Source: Tubiluchus corallicola
Taxonomy: Eukaryota > Animalia > Priapulida
DNA length: 51,623 bases
Reading direction: 5' to 3'
Assembly: GCA_030141605.1 (NCBI GenBank)
Contig: JAQGDQ010001256.1
Span: 1 to 51,623 of the forward strand
Each line of letters opens with the position of its first letter. Positions within the stretch are counted from its first letter, which is position 1. The notes under the pieces are model-generated. The model did no database searches. It saw only the letters and a list, made by a program, of their open reading frames with translations, and had not been told where the DNA came from. Both the position numbers and the translations under genes were made by a program. Shown here one piece after another: positions 41,001-51,623 of the stretch.

Positions 41001-44000
41001 ATCATTATATCAGTGTAACCATGTGCATAACGCTATATATAAAATAGTGAGACAATTATGCGGAATTATTTGAATCAAATGCCGACAGTCTTTATACTTT
41101 TGCATAGCAGCTACCCGTACGACCCATACTAGACATTTTTGAGAAAATTAGGCAACTGATTCTACATTACCGTAAGTCTAATACATGGCGCCTACTGTAT
41201 TAGCTTAGTATCGAAAAATACGGACAATTTCAGAATGACGTCTCACCACTTTTGTCAGGCAAACCGAGATACGAGTGTAAATTTAAAAAAGATCACACAC
41301 CATTTATAATAACACTGGGTATGCTGGAAGGCATATTGTCATCAGCTGGCAGTTCTCCCTCTAACCAGTGGTGTATCCTTTCTCCAGCAAGCTTGATATC
41401 ATCTGCAAGAAAAACAAAAGTCAGCGGTGTAGATTTCATAACAATTAAACTACAATTTTTAAAGTGGGCTTTCAAAGAAGAATAGTCAATCAATCAATCA
41501 ATCAATCAATTTATTTCATTCCAGCAATACATATACAATACATCAACATACAATATTATTGAAACAAAAAGAAACAGTATAGGTAAAAAAACGTTGATGA
41601 AGTCAAATTAACCAAATAAAAGAGTTGCTGTATGACACCTTGAAAGCTTGGCTTGTTAAGGTGGCACTAATGAGTGAATGAAAGAATGATTAGGGTTAGT
41701 AGACATGATGGAATGGAAAAAATAGTAAGATTAGGGATAGGAAGAAGGAAAAGAGGAGAAGAAACGACCAGAATAGTTGTATAGTGGTGAGAATTGATAA
41801 ATCTCACTATTTTTTTGGCTTGTACAAAACATTCACAAGTTTGAGTTTATGCCTTGAGACTTTGCTTTTCATTCGTTTCTGGTGAATGAATAAATCATTT
41901 GAGTGACTGTGAAGACGTGCAAAATGTACACCAATTTTACAATTTGCCAAAATTATAGATGCACAAGAAATGACAATTTACATGCGGTTACCATTTACCA
42001 GTCTCTGTCCTCCTCTTCCATAGGCTACTGCCTGTTAAGGACCTTAACAGTGCTTAACTTTTCGCATAACAAAACACGATATCTAATATATGAAATAAAA
42101 ATGAAATTATACATTAAACAATACGAAATAAACAAAGCAATTCTCTCTGAACATTGACTTGTTCACAGCTCCGGTAAAAAGCTTATAGCTGTCTGCTAAG
42201 GTATTCCTTGGAGTGTTTTCGGGTGTATTTCGCCGCTCCAAAAAGTTTATCTAGATGGTTCTTGAAAACATTCAAAGATGGTGTCTCCACGATCCGTTCT
42301 GGTAATTTATTCCATAATCCTGGTGTCCTTACTGTGAAAAATCATTTTTTTTGTGTGTTAGATGTACTATATTGTACTTTTTGGTTTATGCGAATAACCT
42401 CTCAGCCTTAATCTTTGCCTTTTTCCAGTTTTATTGGAGCGTTGTAATGTTCAGCCATGCTTGATCTTGTACGCTTCTATCATATCAGCTCTAAACCTAC
42501 GGTATGTTAAAACTAGGCAGTTTCATTGTTAACAATCTGTCTGGGTACATCAGACTCGATATGCAGTAAAACATCTGTTGCTCTACGTTGTACGTTTTCT
42601 AATAACTTGATGTAAAATGGTGACCAAATTGAATTACCATATCGGTCTAACTAGTGTGGTGTGAAATGGCAAAAACATGTCGGTGTCCATGAAGTGAAAC
42701 GAAAGTTTTATCATTCTGACTATTCTGTTTCACTTACTCACACAATCTAGCTATAGAAACAGGTCGTTGGGCAAATGTACCTCGTGAGCGCAGGCTATGT
42801 CTTTGCGGAGAAATTCAGACAGAAGAGCAATTTTTTGTGCGAGTGCCATGAAAATGCACTTTATAGATCACTGTACGCGTTAAATTATAGTAATATTGCA
42901 AATTTATTTGATGGAGAATTAATGACAATTGGAAATTTCATTTACGACTGTATGCATAGATTTTTGAATTAAATAGTATAGCTTTGTTAGCAGACACATG
43001 ACCGCATCACTGTGATTATCATATGGGTAAAATATTTGTTTATCACATGTGTACAAATGCTTAGTAAATAGTTTTTTTTTTCGCTTCATAGAGTTTACAA
43101 CTAAATTTGTATATCTGTGTGTATACCTTGTGCAGCTATGTTGAGTCAAATTGTTAGTATGATCTAGAAATCATTACCCGAGCTCTGCCCGCTGATAAAA
43201 CCATCGGGTATGCATCGAGTTTGTAATTCTCATGTTGAAAATTTGATTTTCAGAAATAACAACATCTATCTATCTATCTATCTATCTACTGGCTACTGTT
43301 TCAGTGCGCTCATCGAATTTCAGTTTACTCTCTGCAATAACTCCTAAATCTTTCTCACTCACCATTTCACTTGAGCCAATCAGTATTCCATCATTATACG
43401 TAACATAGTTCTTACGCATATAATGGTAACCTACATGCATCAAGCTATATTTGTCTGTATTGAACTTCATTTGTTAAACCTTTACCCATTCTTGTAGGTT
43501 GTTCAAATCAGTTTGTAGTTTTTCGGCATCTGCCTGACAGTCAATTTCACACTGAATATCTTTGCATTATTTGCAAACAGTCTAATAATATTTTCCACCA
43601 CTTCAGGCATATATCATTCATATAACAAGTAACTAATATTGGAGCCAACACCCTGCCTTGCGGAATGCCTGATAATACTGGTGTCCAGCCAGACAATGCA
43701 TTATTGACTTTGACTCTTTGACTGTGATTGCAAAGGATCTTCTATCCATTGATGTAATTTCCCCTTAAGCTAACCTTATTAAGAACTTTAGTAAGTCATT
43801 TGTGAGGGACTGAATCAAACGCCTTTGCAAAATCTAAATAGATCGTGTCGAGTGAAGCTCTGCGATTGATTATTTTGGTCCATAAATCGACGTCAACTAA
43901 TAGCTGCGTATTACATGGCCTGGCTTTCTTAAACCAGTGTTGTGTTCTTGACATTTTGTCTTTTAATTGCTGTGTCACTCGTTTGCCGATAAGTTAGTTT

Positions 44001-44504
44001 GCACAAACCAAAATCAAACGTTTTCCATTTAGACTAAAACGTTTTCAACGTACAACTCGTTTATATGATACAAAATAAAACTAGCTGAATATTTATAATC
44101 CTAACAGAAATAAGCATAAAATTTAAATTACACATTTATCAAAGAAAGTTAAGCAATAAAACAGCAAGAACTACGTCTTTCAATGTATGTACGCACTTTG
44201 ATTTGTTTACTTGGAACCATGTACCATGTATTGTGATGACAAAAATGAAAATACCTGCCCGGATAATTTACTATGAACTATATATATATATTCATTATTA
44301 ACCGTAATTTAACAAAAATAACAAATTTTGGTAAACAAAACATTTACCTCTTGGTCTGTGGCCTGTACTGTTCCTAATTTTAAACGATATATCTGCTTCA
44401 GTTGCACCTGGAGTTTCTTCTTTTTGTGGTTTGAATGGATTATAACTAAGTCTGGGCCGTTTAAAGGGTGAAATTTCCTCTTGAACTGAACTTCCCGACG
44501 CCAT
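26425..44504 (-). CDS. SIRT1: NAD-dependent deacetylase sirtuin-1, complement(join(26425..26735,28020..28604,29613..29750,31016..31202,32884..32963,34608..34755,36066..36218,36742..36986,38934..39140,41301..41402,44348..44504)), ~770 aa
   Basis: Sirtuin core motifs [76 protein letters not shown] and LINREPLPH, plus the SIRT1-specific C-terminal segment [16 protein letters not shown]. The exons total 2313 nt in frame. The three N-terminal exons are less certain. Confidence 0.94.
26844..27906. mobile_element. Tc1/pogo-like non-autonomous element with internal ~80-bp tandem array (~27390-27870, x6), SIRT1 intron 10
   Basis: TIR cagtaagctccgtgaaactcaaa vs cagtaaactccgcctaactgaaa (reverse complement) with TA on the right; many cgcctaactcaaa motifs. 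Confidence 0.78.
28020..28604 (-). CDS. SIRT1: SIRT1 exon 10 (disordered C-terminal region)
   Basis: tttttcag|[27 protein letters not shown]|gtaagt; 585 nt open, phase 1-1. Confidence 0.88.
29200..29515 (+). mobile_element. MITE family A, truncated copy
   Basis: Aligns by eye with 35260-35571, ending attctcatccccg. Confidence 0.8.
29613..29750 (-). CDS. SIRT1: SIRT1 exon 9
   Basis: [46 protein letters not shown]|gtgaga. Confidence 0.96.
30416..30648. mobile_element. GC-rich hAT-type MITE
   Basis: TIR cagggcctatttcag/ctgaaataggccctg; perfect 8-bp TSD gtcacgac. Confidence 0.92.
31016..31202 (-). CDS. SIRT1: SIRT1 exon 8
   Basis: [40 protein letters not shown]. Confidence 0.97.
31207..32385. 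repeat. 32-bp minisatellite, ~36 copies, SIRT1 intron 7
   Basis: Unit gaattgaataataacatgatgtagcacatgcg. Confidence 0.98.
32677..32872. repeat. 96-bp tandem duplication next to the SIRT1 exon 7 donor
   Basis: tgcaacgaaactttaattccagg..gaaccaatcttaa twice. Confidence 0.9.
32884..32963 (-). CDS. SIRT1: SIRT1 exon 7
   Basis: [27 protein letters not shown] (first zinc-binding CxxC). Confidence 0.95.
34608..34755 (-). CDS. SIRT1: SIRT1 exon 6
   Basis: [49 protein letters not shown] (catalytic His). Confidence 0.97.
35058..35571 (+). mobile_element. MITE family A, copy 2
   Basis: cagggatgaga..tctcatccctg; agtcta on both flanks; highly similar to 9549-10045. Confidence 0.88.
36066..36218 (-). CDS. 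SIRT1: SIRT1 exon 5
   Basis: [51 protein letters not shown]. Confidence 0.97.
36742..36986 (-). CDS. SIRT1: SIRT1 exon 4
   Basis: [51 protein letters not shown]|gtaagt. Confidence 0.96.
37012..38119. mobile_element. hAT-like element containing (GA)n and (TA)n microsatellites
   Basis: TIR cagtggtcttcaacct / aggttgaataacactg; TSD agttaatg/agttaata. Confidence 0.75.
38934..39140 (-). CDS. SIRT1: SIRT1 exon 3
   Basis: Acidic/Ser-rich [31 protein letters not shown]|gtgagc, joins in frame to GPMGWVQ. Confidence 0.82.
40428..40749. repeat. 72-bp tandem repeat (~4.5 copies)
   Basis: Unit cagtttaagtaataacagtaaaataaacccaacatactgag..ctttcctttagcacaccacaaa. Confidence 0.95.
40870..41280. mobile_element. 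Diverged repeat related to family A; sister copy of ~24530-24960
   Basis: Same shared blocks; boundaries approximate. Confidence 0.7.
41301..41402 (-). CDS. SIRT1: SIRT1 exon 2 (putative)
   Basis: ttttcttgcag|[34 protein letters not shown]|gtgtgt; phase 1-1; no homology support. Confidence 0.6.
42200..43980 (-). mobile_element. Decayed CR1-clade LINE (RT domain and 3' end), interrupted by an insert at ~42739-43286
   Basis: [41 protein letters not shown] and EKDLGVI motifs with frameshifts; continues as [11 protein letters not shown].. and LWNKLPE. Confidence 0.88.
44348..44504 (-). CDS. SIRT1: SIRT1 exon 1 (putative)
   Basis: aaaATGG start context; [19 protein letters not shown] (NLS-like, cf. 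PLRKRPR of human SIRT1); donor AG|gtaaat, phase 1. Confidence 0.7.
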
Positions 44505-45745
44505 TTTAAATACAACGCCGAATGAAAAGCAGAAACAATTTTTTTTAATTCGTAAAAGTTACATTGCAACACAGAAAATTAAAATTAAGTTTTGTCAACA
44601 AAAAGATACAAAAAATGTTTTTTCAATGTAGTGTTTTGGTTACGCTTAATTTTTTATACTTAGGAAAATATTTTCGTTTCGTATAATGAATTGTTACAAA
44701 ATGGCTGCGCCCTCTCATAGTTAGATTTCTGGTCCTAGTGTTATTTTTATCAAGTTAAAGCTGGGTGTTATCGGTGGCTCGCAACAACTTGCTGAAAATA
44801 ACATAATTTAAGGAAGAATATACTTATTATTTATTGGAGTATTCTACTTTTAACTTTGCCTGCAGTAATTAGGTGCCATAAGAGGGAACTTTCAACAGTA
44901 GAGGACCTAGATCAGATATTAAACAAAGTCATCTAGCAGAGCTGATGATATGGAATCTTATCAAATAGAAATACTCTTAGAATAAGAAACCCATGCTTGT
45001 ATTTTTTACTCTTAAAAGTCTGCTTACAGTACTGTTCAGCGTTAGCAGCTGTTACTTTCTGTGTATACACTCCCAACTGCAGCAAAAATTACCTTGTCGT
45101 GCTAATAATAGTCAGATATGCAGCAGTGCAGATCAACGTTCGATTTTGTTCTTATATGATTTACCCGTTTGTTGGTCGTTTCTTTTCCAAATTTCATTTG
45201 GAGAGTGAAGTTTAGTTAATAACGTTTTGCTTACCCCCCCCCCCCCCCCACAGATGACGTTTAAATATATGTGCCCATCAAGAAGGAGTTAATGATTACT
45301 TAGAAAAATAGATTGACACATTTCAATGAAATCTCCTAAGTTTTAAAGATTAGATAAGATGGCCATTCATAATCAAAAATGAAGATTTATATACTAGATT
45401 GAAAGAAATTTATTTGAGGTAAAAAAGCTCCGGACATTAAGATGGTTAGGACACCTCAGATTAATTACCTAGTAAAGCACCAATGCGAATCACTTTAAAA
45501 CCTTGCAAAAACCACCTGGTAAACCAAAAACAACTTGCATAGCTAAGATAAATAAAAAAATTCAACAGCTTCGGCCTAATCTAGTTTTAGGAGAAGAACT
45601 TACGCTGTTAGCTGCAGATATAGTGGGTGGAATGCTCAATTCAATGGTAGCACACTAATGTATATCGCAGATAGAATGACACTTTGATGATGACAGTTAT
45701 TTTTTATTATGTTGTGGTAACTTGGACGAGTAAAAAAGAAGCAAT
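44495..45745. promoter_or_regulatory. Putative bidirectional promoter region for SIRT1/DNAJC12 with YY1-type motifs
   Basis: Divergent ATGs 1.24 kb apart; CGCCATTTT at ~44499 and AAAATGGCTGC at ~44698 are oppositely oriented. Confidence 0.5.
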
Positions 45746-45823
45746 ATGGATGAAATACTAAATTACGAACAGAAAGAAGAAGATGATTTTTATCATATTC
45801 TAGGATGCGATGAACTGTCTTCG
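45746..45823 (+). CDS. DNAJC12: DNAJC12 coding exon 1
   Basis: MDEILNYEQKEEDDFYHILGCDELSS|gtgcgt. Confidence 0.93.
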
Positions 45824-48692
45824 GTGCGTGTTAGGTTAATGCAGTTATTTTGCAAACTTACCTACAAGTCTCAATGTTCCCATCTGTGGCAAAAGTGCAG
45901 ATATTTAAAGAACTCGTTTCTATCTAAGACAGGGGTGTGCAAATTATCTGACTAGCCGGGCCACATTAAACTTTCCCGCAATTCCTGCGTGCCGCAGGCA
46001 GTTTAATCAAGGAGCCAAGTACAGAAAGGCAAATAACGATTTTTTGTGCATCCGTCCTGCGTACATCATTACTACTACACTCAAGAAGCTATTTTAGAAG
46101 TTATTAAAATTTGTATTACAAACCATATATTTCTACTTTCAGGACAGATAGTGGTAATTTCATTACAATGCATATTAGTAATGTGTATCACACAGTCTGT
46201 GTAGTACAGAGGCATTAAGCTACAACCGTCTTGTAAGGGTTAATGGCATCCGATCTAGTAGAAAAAACTACCCGCACTATCTTTGGCACGGACTTCAGCT
46301 GGATACACTCAATTAATCGCCCGGGCCGCAGTTTCATTAGGTTGACAAATCTCTTCGCGGGCCGCGCAAATTCTCTTGGCGGACCTCAATTTTCACACCC
46401 CTGATCTAAGACTAGTGATGGGCGATTTTGAGCTTTTCTAATTCAATCATAATCTTGTTCTTGTAATTCGATATCATGAATTAATCTTTTGCGGCAATTT
46501 TTTAATGCCTTAGCGATATTTTTCAAACATTTCGGCACTGGAATATAGCCTATGAACTTCTTTAGTCGCTGTCTGCAATTTTTCTTCTTGCTAACTATTT
46601 TTATAGACACGTACATTTATTAACTACTCTGTTACTATGGCAACTACACACGTCACAGGAATAAGGAGCCCCAGTTTGTAACACTGTAATTCATCATTAA
46701 CATAGGCCTGGCTACTGTGCAATGATTAAAACTGAACTAAACTTAAATTTACATGTAAACTTGTGTAAGTAAGTAAACTATTACTTAGGCGGTATTAAAT
46801 TTTCCTTTTTGCAGAGAGAATTAATATAATGTTCCTTGGATCATTTTAGCTTTGGCTTCTTTAAACTGATTATTTCAAGCGTTATGAATCTGTGTTATGA
46901 ATCTGTGTTATGAATCTGCATTATGAATCTGTGTTATGAATCTGTTTTATGAATCTGTGTTATGAATCTGTGTTATGAATCTGTTTTATGAATCTGTGTT
47001 ATGAATCTGTGTTATGAATTTGTGTTACGAATCTGCATTATGAATCTGTTTTATGAATCTGTGTTATGAATCTGTGGTTTGCAATTGCATGCATCGCGTA
47101 AGGTGAGAAAAACAAACAAGCAATGCAGGAATTCAATTTGTTTGTGCTAAAACGTTGCCAGTTTGGCCAGTGTGTAACACATACTTTGTTCGCGATTAAT
47201 CTCGCTAAACTGAATTACTGATCAATCACGGGTGTTTGGTGTAGGGTGTTTGCGTACGAATGGTAGAAATCATTTTTTCTCTAACTGTGATCTGCAAAAA
47301 TGGAGTTACTTTGATGTACAGTGTTCCCTCGCTACTTCGCGTTAATGGTAGGTAGGTAATGAATAAGCAGACCAGTAAGGAAATTAATACATTAAACTAT
47401 GCACTAATTATGCATTCACAAAAGTCAAACAGAAATGATTAAGCAGATGTGAAGAAAAGAAATTTTGTTGTTTTATAATAGAGTTTTGTAAGTTTTTTTA
47501 TTTTTTTTAGATCGAGCAAATCCAGGCTGAATACAAAGTACGTGTTCTAACCTGCCATCCTGATAAACAATGTGGAAATCCTGATGCAGGTACTGTAGAA
47601 ATTTGCAATCATTTTATTGTAAAACGTAGACAATGTTCACAGACCATAAAATTGAACAAACAGTCATAAAGTTAGCAATATGATATTTTACAGTAGAAAT
47701 TTTGCATTCTTTCTCAATGCTGTCTCTAGACCAACTGCAACTTGCATGCCTGAGAGAATAGAGTTGTAATCACATGACCAGACATACAAGTTCCTATTGG
47801 AAGGTACATCACATTCATGCATACATACCATAAATGGAAAGGTCACCTATACACTTCAGACTACTAGTTAAACCAGAATCAGTCTAATTGGCTTCTTTGA
47901 TAGCAGAATAAAGATTATTGGTTTACAGAAAGCTGTGTTATAATGTTATAATTTTTCTCTATTTAAACTTGAATAAGAGAGTTAGAACCGGTCCTTGAAC
48001 CACTGGAGTGGCCTCTCCAGGGCGCACGCCTGGGCAAGGTGTATGGAGATCCTGAGTTGCCCAGACAACGGGAACCCCCTCTCTTCCTCGCTGGTGTAGT
48101 CCAAAGGAAAGCAGAGCGATACGTTTGGCAGTAGGTTGGCTGCAGGAGCTGCCGGAGTCAGTGAGCATGCTGCACTGGTCCGCCTTCGGGGCTCCACTCC
48201 TGATTTGGAAGGTTTACACATGGCCGTTGGGTCACTTGACCTCCGCCCTCTAGCCATTGGCTGCTTGTGCAGCTGCTACGCCTAGTGTCGAGATACAGTG
48301 TGGGCAGCCCGTCCAAACCGTATTCTGCATATAAGACAACAATACATCTCGTACTATTGTTGAAAATTGGGCAATGTTTTTGTTCAGTATTTTTGAAATC
48401 ATGGCTAGTTCATATTGCTTTAGCATATTAACTATAAGGTCCCATAGTGCATTGTTGTATCTATTTGCATTTTCATATTTTTTGCTATATCAAAAATACT
48501 GTATCACACTGCTTTTGACTTTTTTCAATGACATATTTATGTTATTTGTTAGAAAATCGTTTCAAAAAGCTACAGTTAGCAAAAGAGACTCTATGTTGCC
48601 CCAAAACAAGAGAAAAATATGACATGTGGCGTCGCAGTGGGATACAAGTCCCGTACGAGAAATGGAAAGCCTTGTCTGACTCTGTGAAAACA
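45746..48692 (+). CDS. DNAJC12: DnaJ subfamily C member 12 (JDP1), partial: join(45746..45823,47511..47589,48553..48692); 3' exons not found in window
   Basis: MDEILNYEQKEEDDFYHILGCDELSS|IEQIQAEYKVRVLTCHPDK..|..YDMWRRSGIQVPYEKWKALSDSVKT; J-domain HPD motif and DNAJC12-specific LGCDELSS and DSVKT. Confidence 0.94.
45930..46403 (-). mobile_element. hAT-type MITE family B, copy 2 (DNAJC12 intron 1)
   Basis: Same TIRs; perfect 8-bp TSD atctaaga; inverted homolog of 10861-11268 carrying an extra internal segment. Confidence 0.92.
46882..47076. repeat. 13-bp minisatellite, 15 copies
   Basis: Unit ttatgaatctgtg. Confidence 0.96.
47511..47589 (+). CDS. DNAJC12: DNAJC12 coding exon 2
   Basis: ttttttttag|IEQIQAEYKVRVLTCHPDKQCGNPDA|gtactg. 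Confidence 0.95.
47985..48320 (+). mobile_element. GC-rich insert resembling an RTE-clade 5' UTR or RTE-derived SINE
   Basis: Sharp GC island in an AT-rich intron; ctctccagggcgcacgcctgggcaaggtgtatggagatcctgagttgccca resembles RTE 5' regions as I recall them (unverified). Confidence 0.45.
48553..48692 (+). CDS. DNAJC12: DNAJC12 coding exon 3
   Basis: ttgttag|ENRFKKLQLAKETLCCPKTREKYDMWRRSG..DSVKT|gtaagt. Confidence 0.95.
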
Positions 48693-49352
48693 GTAAGTAT
48701 ATGCTCATTAGCTCCTTCAGGTCTGCAAGGGTTTGCTGCACTATACATGGCTTCATGAAAAACTGCTCTTACTAAGTATGATTATATTATATTTGATAAT
48801 TTTTGTATGTTTCTATTCCTCCCGCAAAGGAGTTTCATCCATAATTATATATGAAATGCATTTGCTTACTTTAGACAAATTAAAAATCGATTTTTCAGGA
48901 ATTTAATATAGATTTTTCATTGAAAAATGTTTTCAGCAACTGCAGTGTTTGCATTGTAACAATGTAGAGTATCACTTGTGTGAAATCGGCTAATGCGCAA
49001 ACTTTCAACTATCCAGACACAACACTCTGATAAACTTTGGTCTCAAATCTACTCTATTTCTGAGGAGAAATTCCTGTTAAAAGATGAAACGACCTTAATT
49101 TGTGCTTGGTTGATCTGTTGGTTTTTCCTTGAACTCTGTACAGCAGGCACTTGGGCTGTAGCAAGCAGATGATCAATAAAAAAGTGTGTACGATCATGCA
49201 AGTGTACACCAGACTAAGCCACTCAATAGTCTAAATTGAAGTCCTTAAAAAGGGCGTGTTTTTCTTAATTTTATCTAATCAAATCACTTATAAATGTTTA
49301 AACAAATATCATGATTGGATAGATGAGATTCTCTTGAATAGAACAGTATCAA

Positions 49353-49487
49353 ATTTGTAATCATTTAGTTATGTCTGTGCTCATACAGTAGCAGAAAAGT
49401 CTTAGGTCTTATAAGACGTATTTTTAATTGTAATCATTTAGTTATGTCTGTGCTCATACAGTAGCAGAAAAGACTTAGGTCTTATAA
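49353..49487. repeat. ~60-bp direct duplication (period ~73 bp)
   Basis: ttgtaatcatttagttatgtctgtgctcatacagtagcagaaaag..taggtcttataa twice. Confidence 0.9.
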
Positions 49488-51623
49488 AGCACAAAGTTAA
49501 TTCGACTGGTCGACTTTTCCTTTTTATTAAATTGTATATTTTTAACTTGTAATTTAGTCACGCGCTATAAATTCTTATAATATGACGTTGTATAATCTAC
49601 GATTTCTATAAAATTAATAAAAATACTTAGTACTTAGTGCTAAAATTAGGTATTTATGTATCTTATCATTTCAAGATTACGAAAGCACGTTCTTTTTGTG
49701 TCACAGTATCAAGCAAATATATTGAATACTGTCCGTCCGTCGTCTCCCTATTTTCACAAGGAAAGCCACTGCTAATTGGCGAGCTAGGTTTCGATGAAAT
49801 GGCAGGCCAAACAGTAATTTTTACTCCAGACTGTTTTACTTATACGTGCGTGTGTCACGTAGTTGCGTCTGTTTAACACGGAAAATTTCCAGAGGAACGT
49901 GAGATCCGTGGCAGAGTTAGTTGCCGCCATGTGCACGATACAAGTTATGAACAGTTTATTTGACTTCTCTTCTTGCAAGTTGTATCTCTTCCAATGCAAC
50001 GAACCGAAGCGTATATAACTCGTTATTCTATTTTTAATTGTTTACTTGTCTAGTGCTGAAATGAAAAGCAATGTGCCAACATAACGTGAAAGTTAAAGTC
50101 CTACATTAACTGACTGTTTTGCTTATAAAATCCGGCGTTTATTTGCCTAAAATGTTTATAAAAATTTATTGTGAATAAGTCAATTTAATTAAATAATTAG
50201 TATATTTATAAGTAAGTAAATTAACCTCCATAAAAAAGTAAATTAGTCTCCATAACCTCGTATTGTTCCTATGTCACACACCAGTCATAACCTTGCGTTT
50301 TTTAGTAGAACTAAGGCGCTTTCTGACTCATTGAGTTAAAACTTCCCAAGCCACTCTTCCTATCCTTTTGAACATTCTTTTATCCGTCATTCCTATCTGT
50401 GTTTTGCACCGCTTTTTCCTTTTAAATTGCTTAAAACCATCGTATTTTTGTTCGGTAGCGTAAGCACCTAACAAGTTTTTACTTCTGGTTCTTGCCATCA
50501 ACGATATATGCATGCTGTCATGTCATGATCATTAATATTAACTGTATACTTTTTCATTGTTTCAATGGATTATACAACTGTATAACCAAATAAATAAATT
50601 ACTACTATTACTATTAAATAAGCAATCAAACAAACAGGCAAATCAAGAAATAAACAGGCCCAAATAAAAGGACGATTTTATAATATAGTGCGTAGCGAAT
50701 TACATCAACCATATCAGCGCTACAAAACACAACTTTAAAATAGATCTTTAGATTTTGAACTGTAATGAGCTAAAATTAATAGACCTAATGATTCATATAT
50801 AAGTTTAATCAACAATTAATCTAACCTAGCACAAGATTCTGGATTCAGCCTAGTCTTGCAGTTTTTCAGCAGCTTCTTTCTTCCGTCAATTAAAGTTAGG
50901 TCAATTGTTACTCTTTTGTTTATTATATTATTCAGCCTAGTTCAGTATCAAAAGACTAACATTGACTTAAAGGAAAGGACAAGTCACTTAGCACGTTGGG
51001 TTTGTTTTACCGTTGTCACCTAAACTTAGAAAAAGATAAGAAAAAAATTTGCAAAAAATCTGTCTGTAAAGCATAAAGTTACTTTATACTATCGCTGCGT
51101 TTGAAATTTTTAGGCTCGGTGAGTTGAATATTATGACGTACCTGGTGGACTTCATGACCTTTGGTAAGCGCATCGGTTTGGGATGGTATTGCAAGCACAC
51201 TATAACATTTTATGTTGCAGACCAAGATTTAGTACACCTTAACATTTTTTCAACTTCTGGGTTTTTTGTACTTTTTTTTGTTAATTGTCAACTACTGACC
51301 GTGTCGTTAAGAAAACGTTTTGTTAGATAACCTTTTGTTTGATAAACTTTTACAAGTTAGATAAGATGCTAAAGTAAGATTAGATAAGATATAAAAAGTA
51401 ACAAACAAAAATAAAAAAAGTAATTTTTTGTCGACAATTTTTTGTAAACATTGATAACAATTAAAATATATAAAGCAAGCTGGTTTCTGCATTTGGCTTC
51501 AGTAAGAACTGTGGGTATTCGTTAACCTTACATTGTCTATACCTTACATAACCTTACATACGTGGGAGGAATATAACAGTTATTATAGATGTTTAATTTA
51601 GTTTCGGGCGCTCTGAACGTATT

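Noticed and set aside
47765-47927. TGTAA..TTACA possible solo LTR
   Set aside because: The flanks are not a direct repeat and the segment is very short.
48693-51623. Searched for DNAJC12 exon 4 (expected to start SMHW-like)
   Set aside because: No matching exon was found by eye; the gene likely continues beyond the window.

Overview
AT-rich animal (invertebrate-like) genomic DNA, not prokaryotic. Manual splicing (GT..AG junctions, frame-consistent) gives four intron-containing genes: an HP1/chromobox gene (+, 4 coding exons, 5621-10271, 171 aa), CFAP299/C4orf22 (-, 6 exons, 21696-15147, 246 aa), SIRT1 (-, 11 exons, 44504-26425, ~770 aa) and the first 3 coding exons of DNAJC12 (+, 45746-48692, continuing past the window), head-to-head with SIRT1. 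Just downstream of HP1 lies an intronless BTB-BACK-(MATH-like) reading frame (11480-12712) broken by one in-frame TAA. Introns and intergenic DNA are packed with non-autonomous DNA transposons (hAT-like with 8-bp TSDs, piggyBac-like, Tc1/pogo-like, TTAA-ended), LINE fragments (RTE with a 17-bp TSD, CR1/L2), a solo LTR carrying heat-shock elements plus a TATA box, and several minisatellites, two of them tightly associated with SIRT1. Most ORFs in the supplied track are spurious. Gene identities rest on recognising protein motifs from memory; no database searches were run. I found no clear wholly new system. The best leads are the BTB-BACK-MATH frame behind HP1, the HSE-bearing solo LTR, the SIRT1/DNAJC12 microsynteny and the AG-poor minisatellite forming a SIRT1 splice acceptor.
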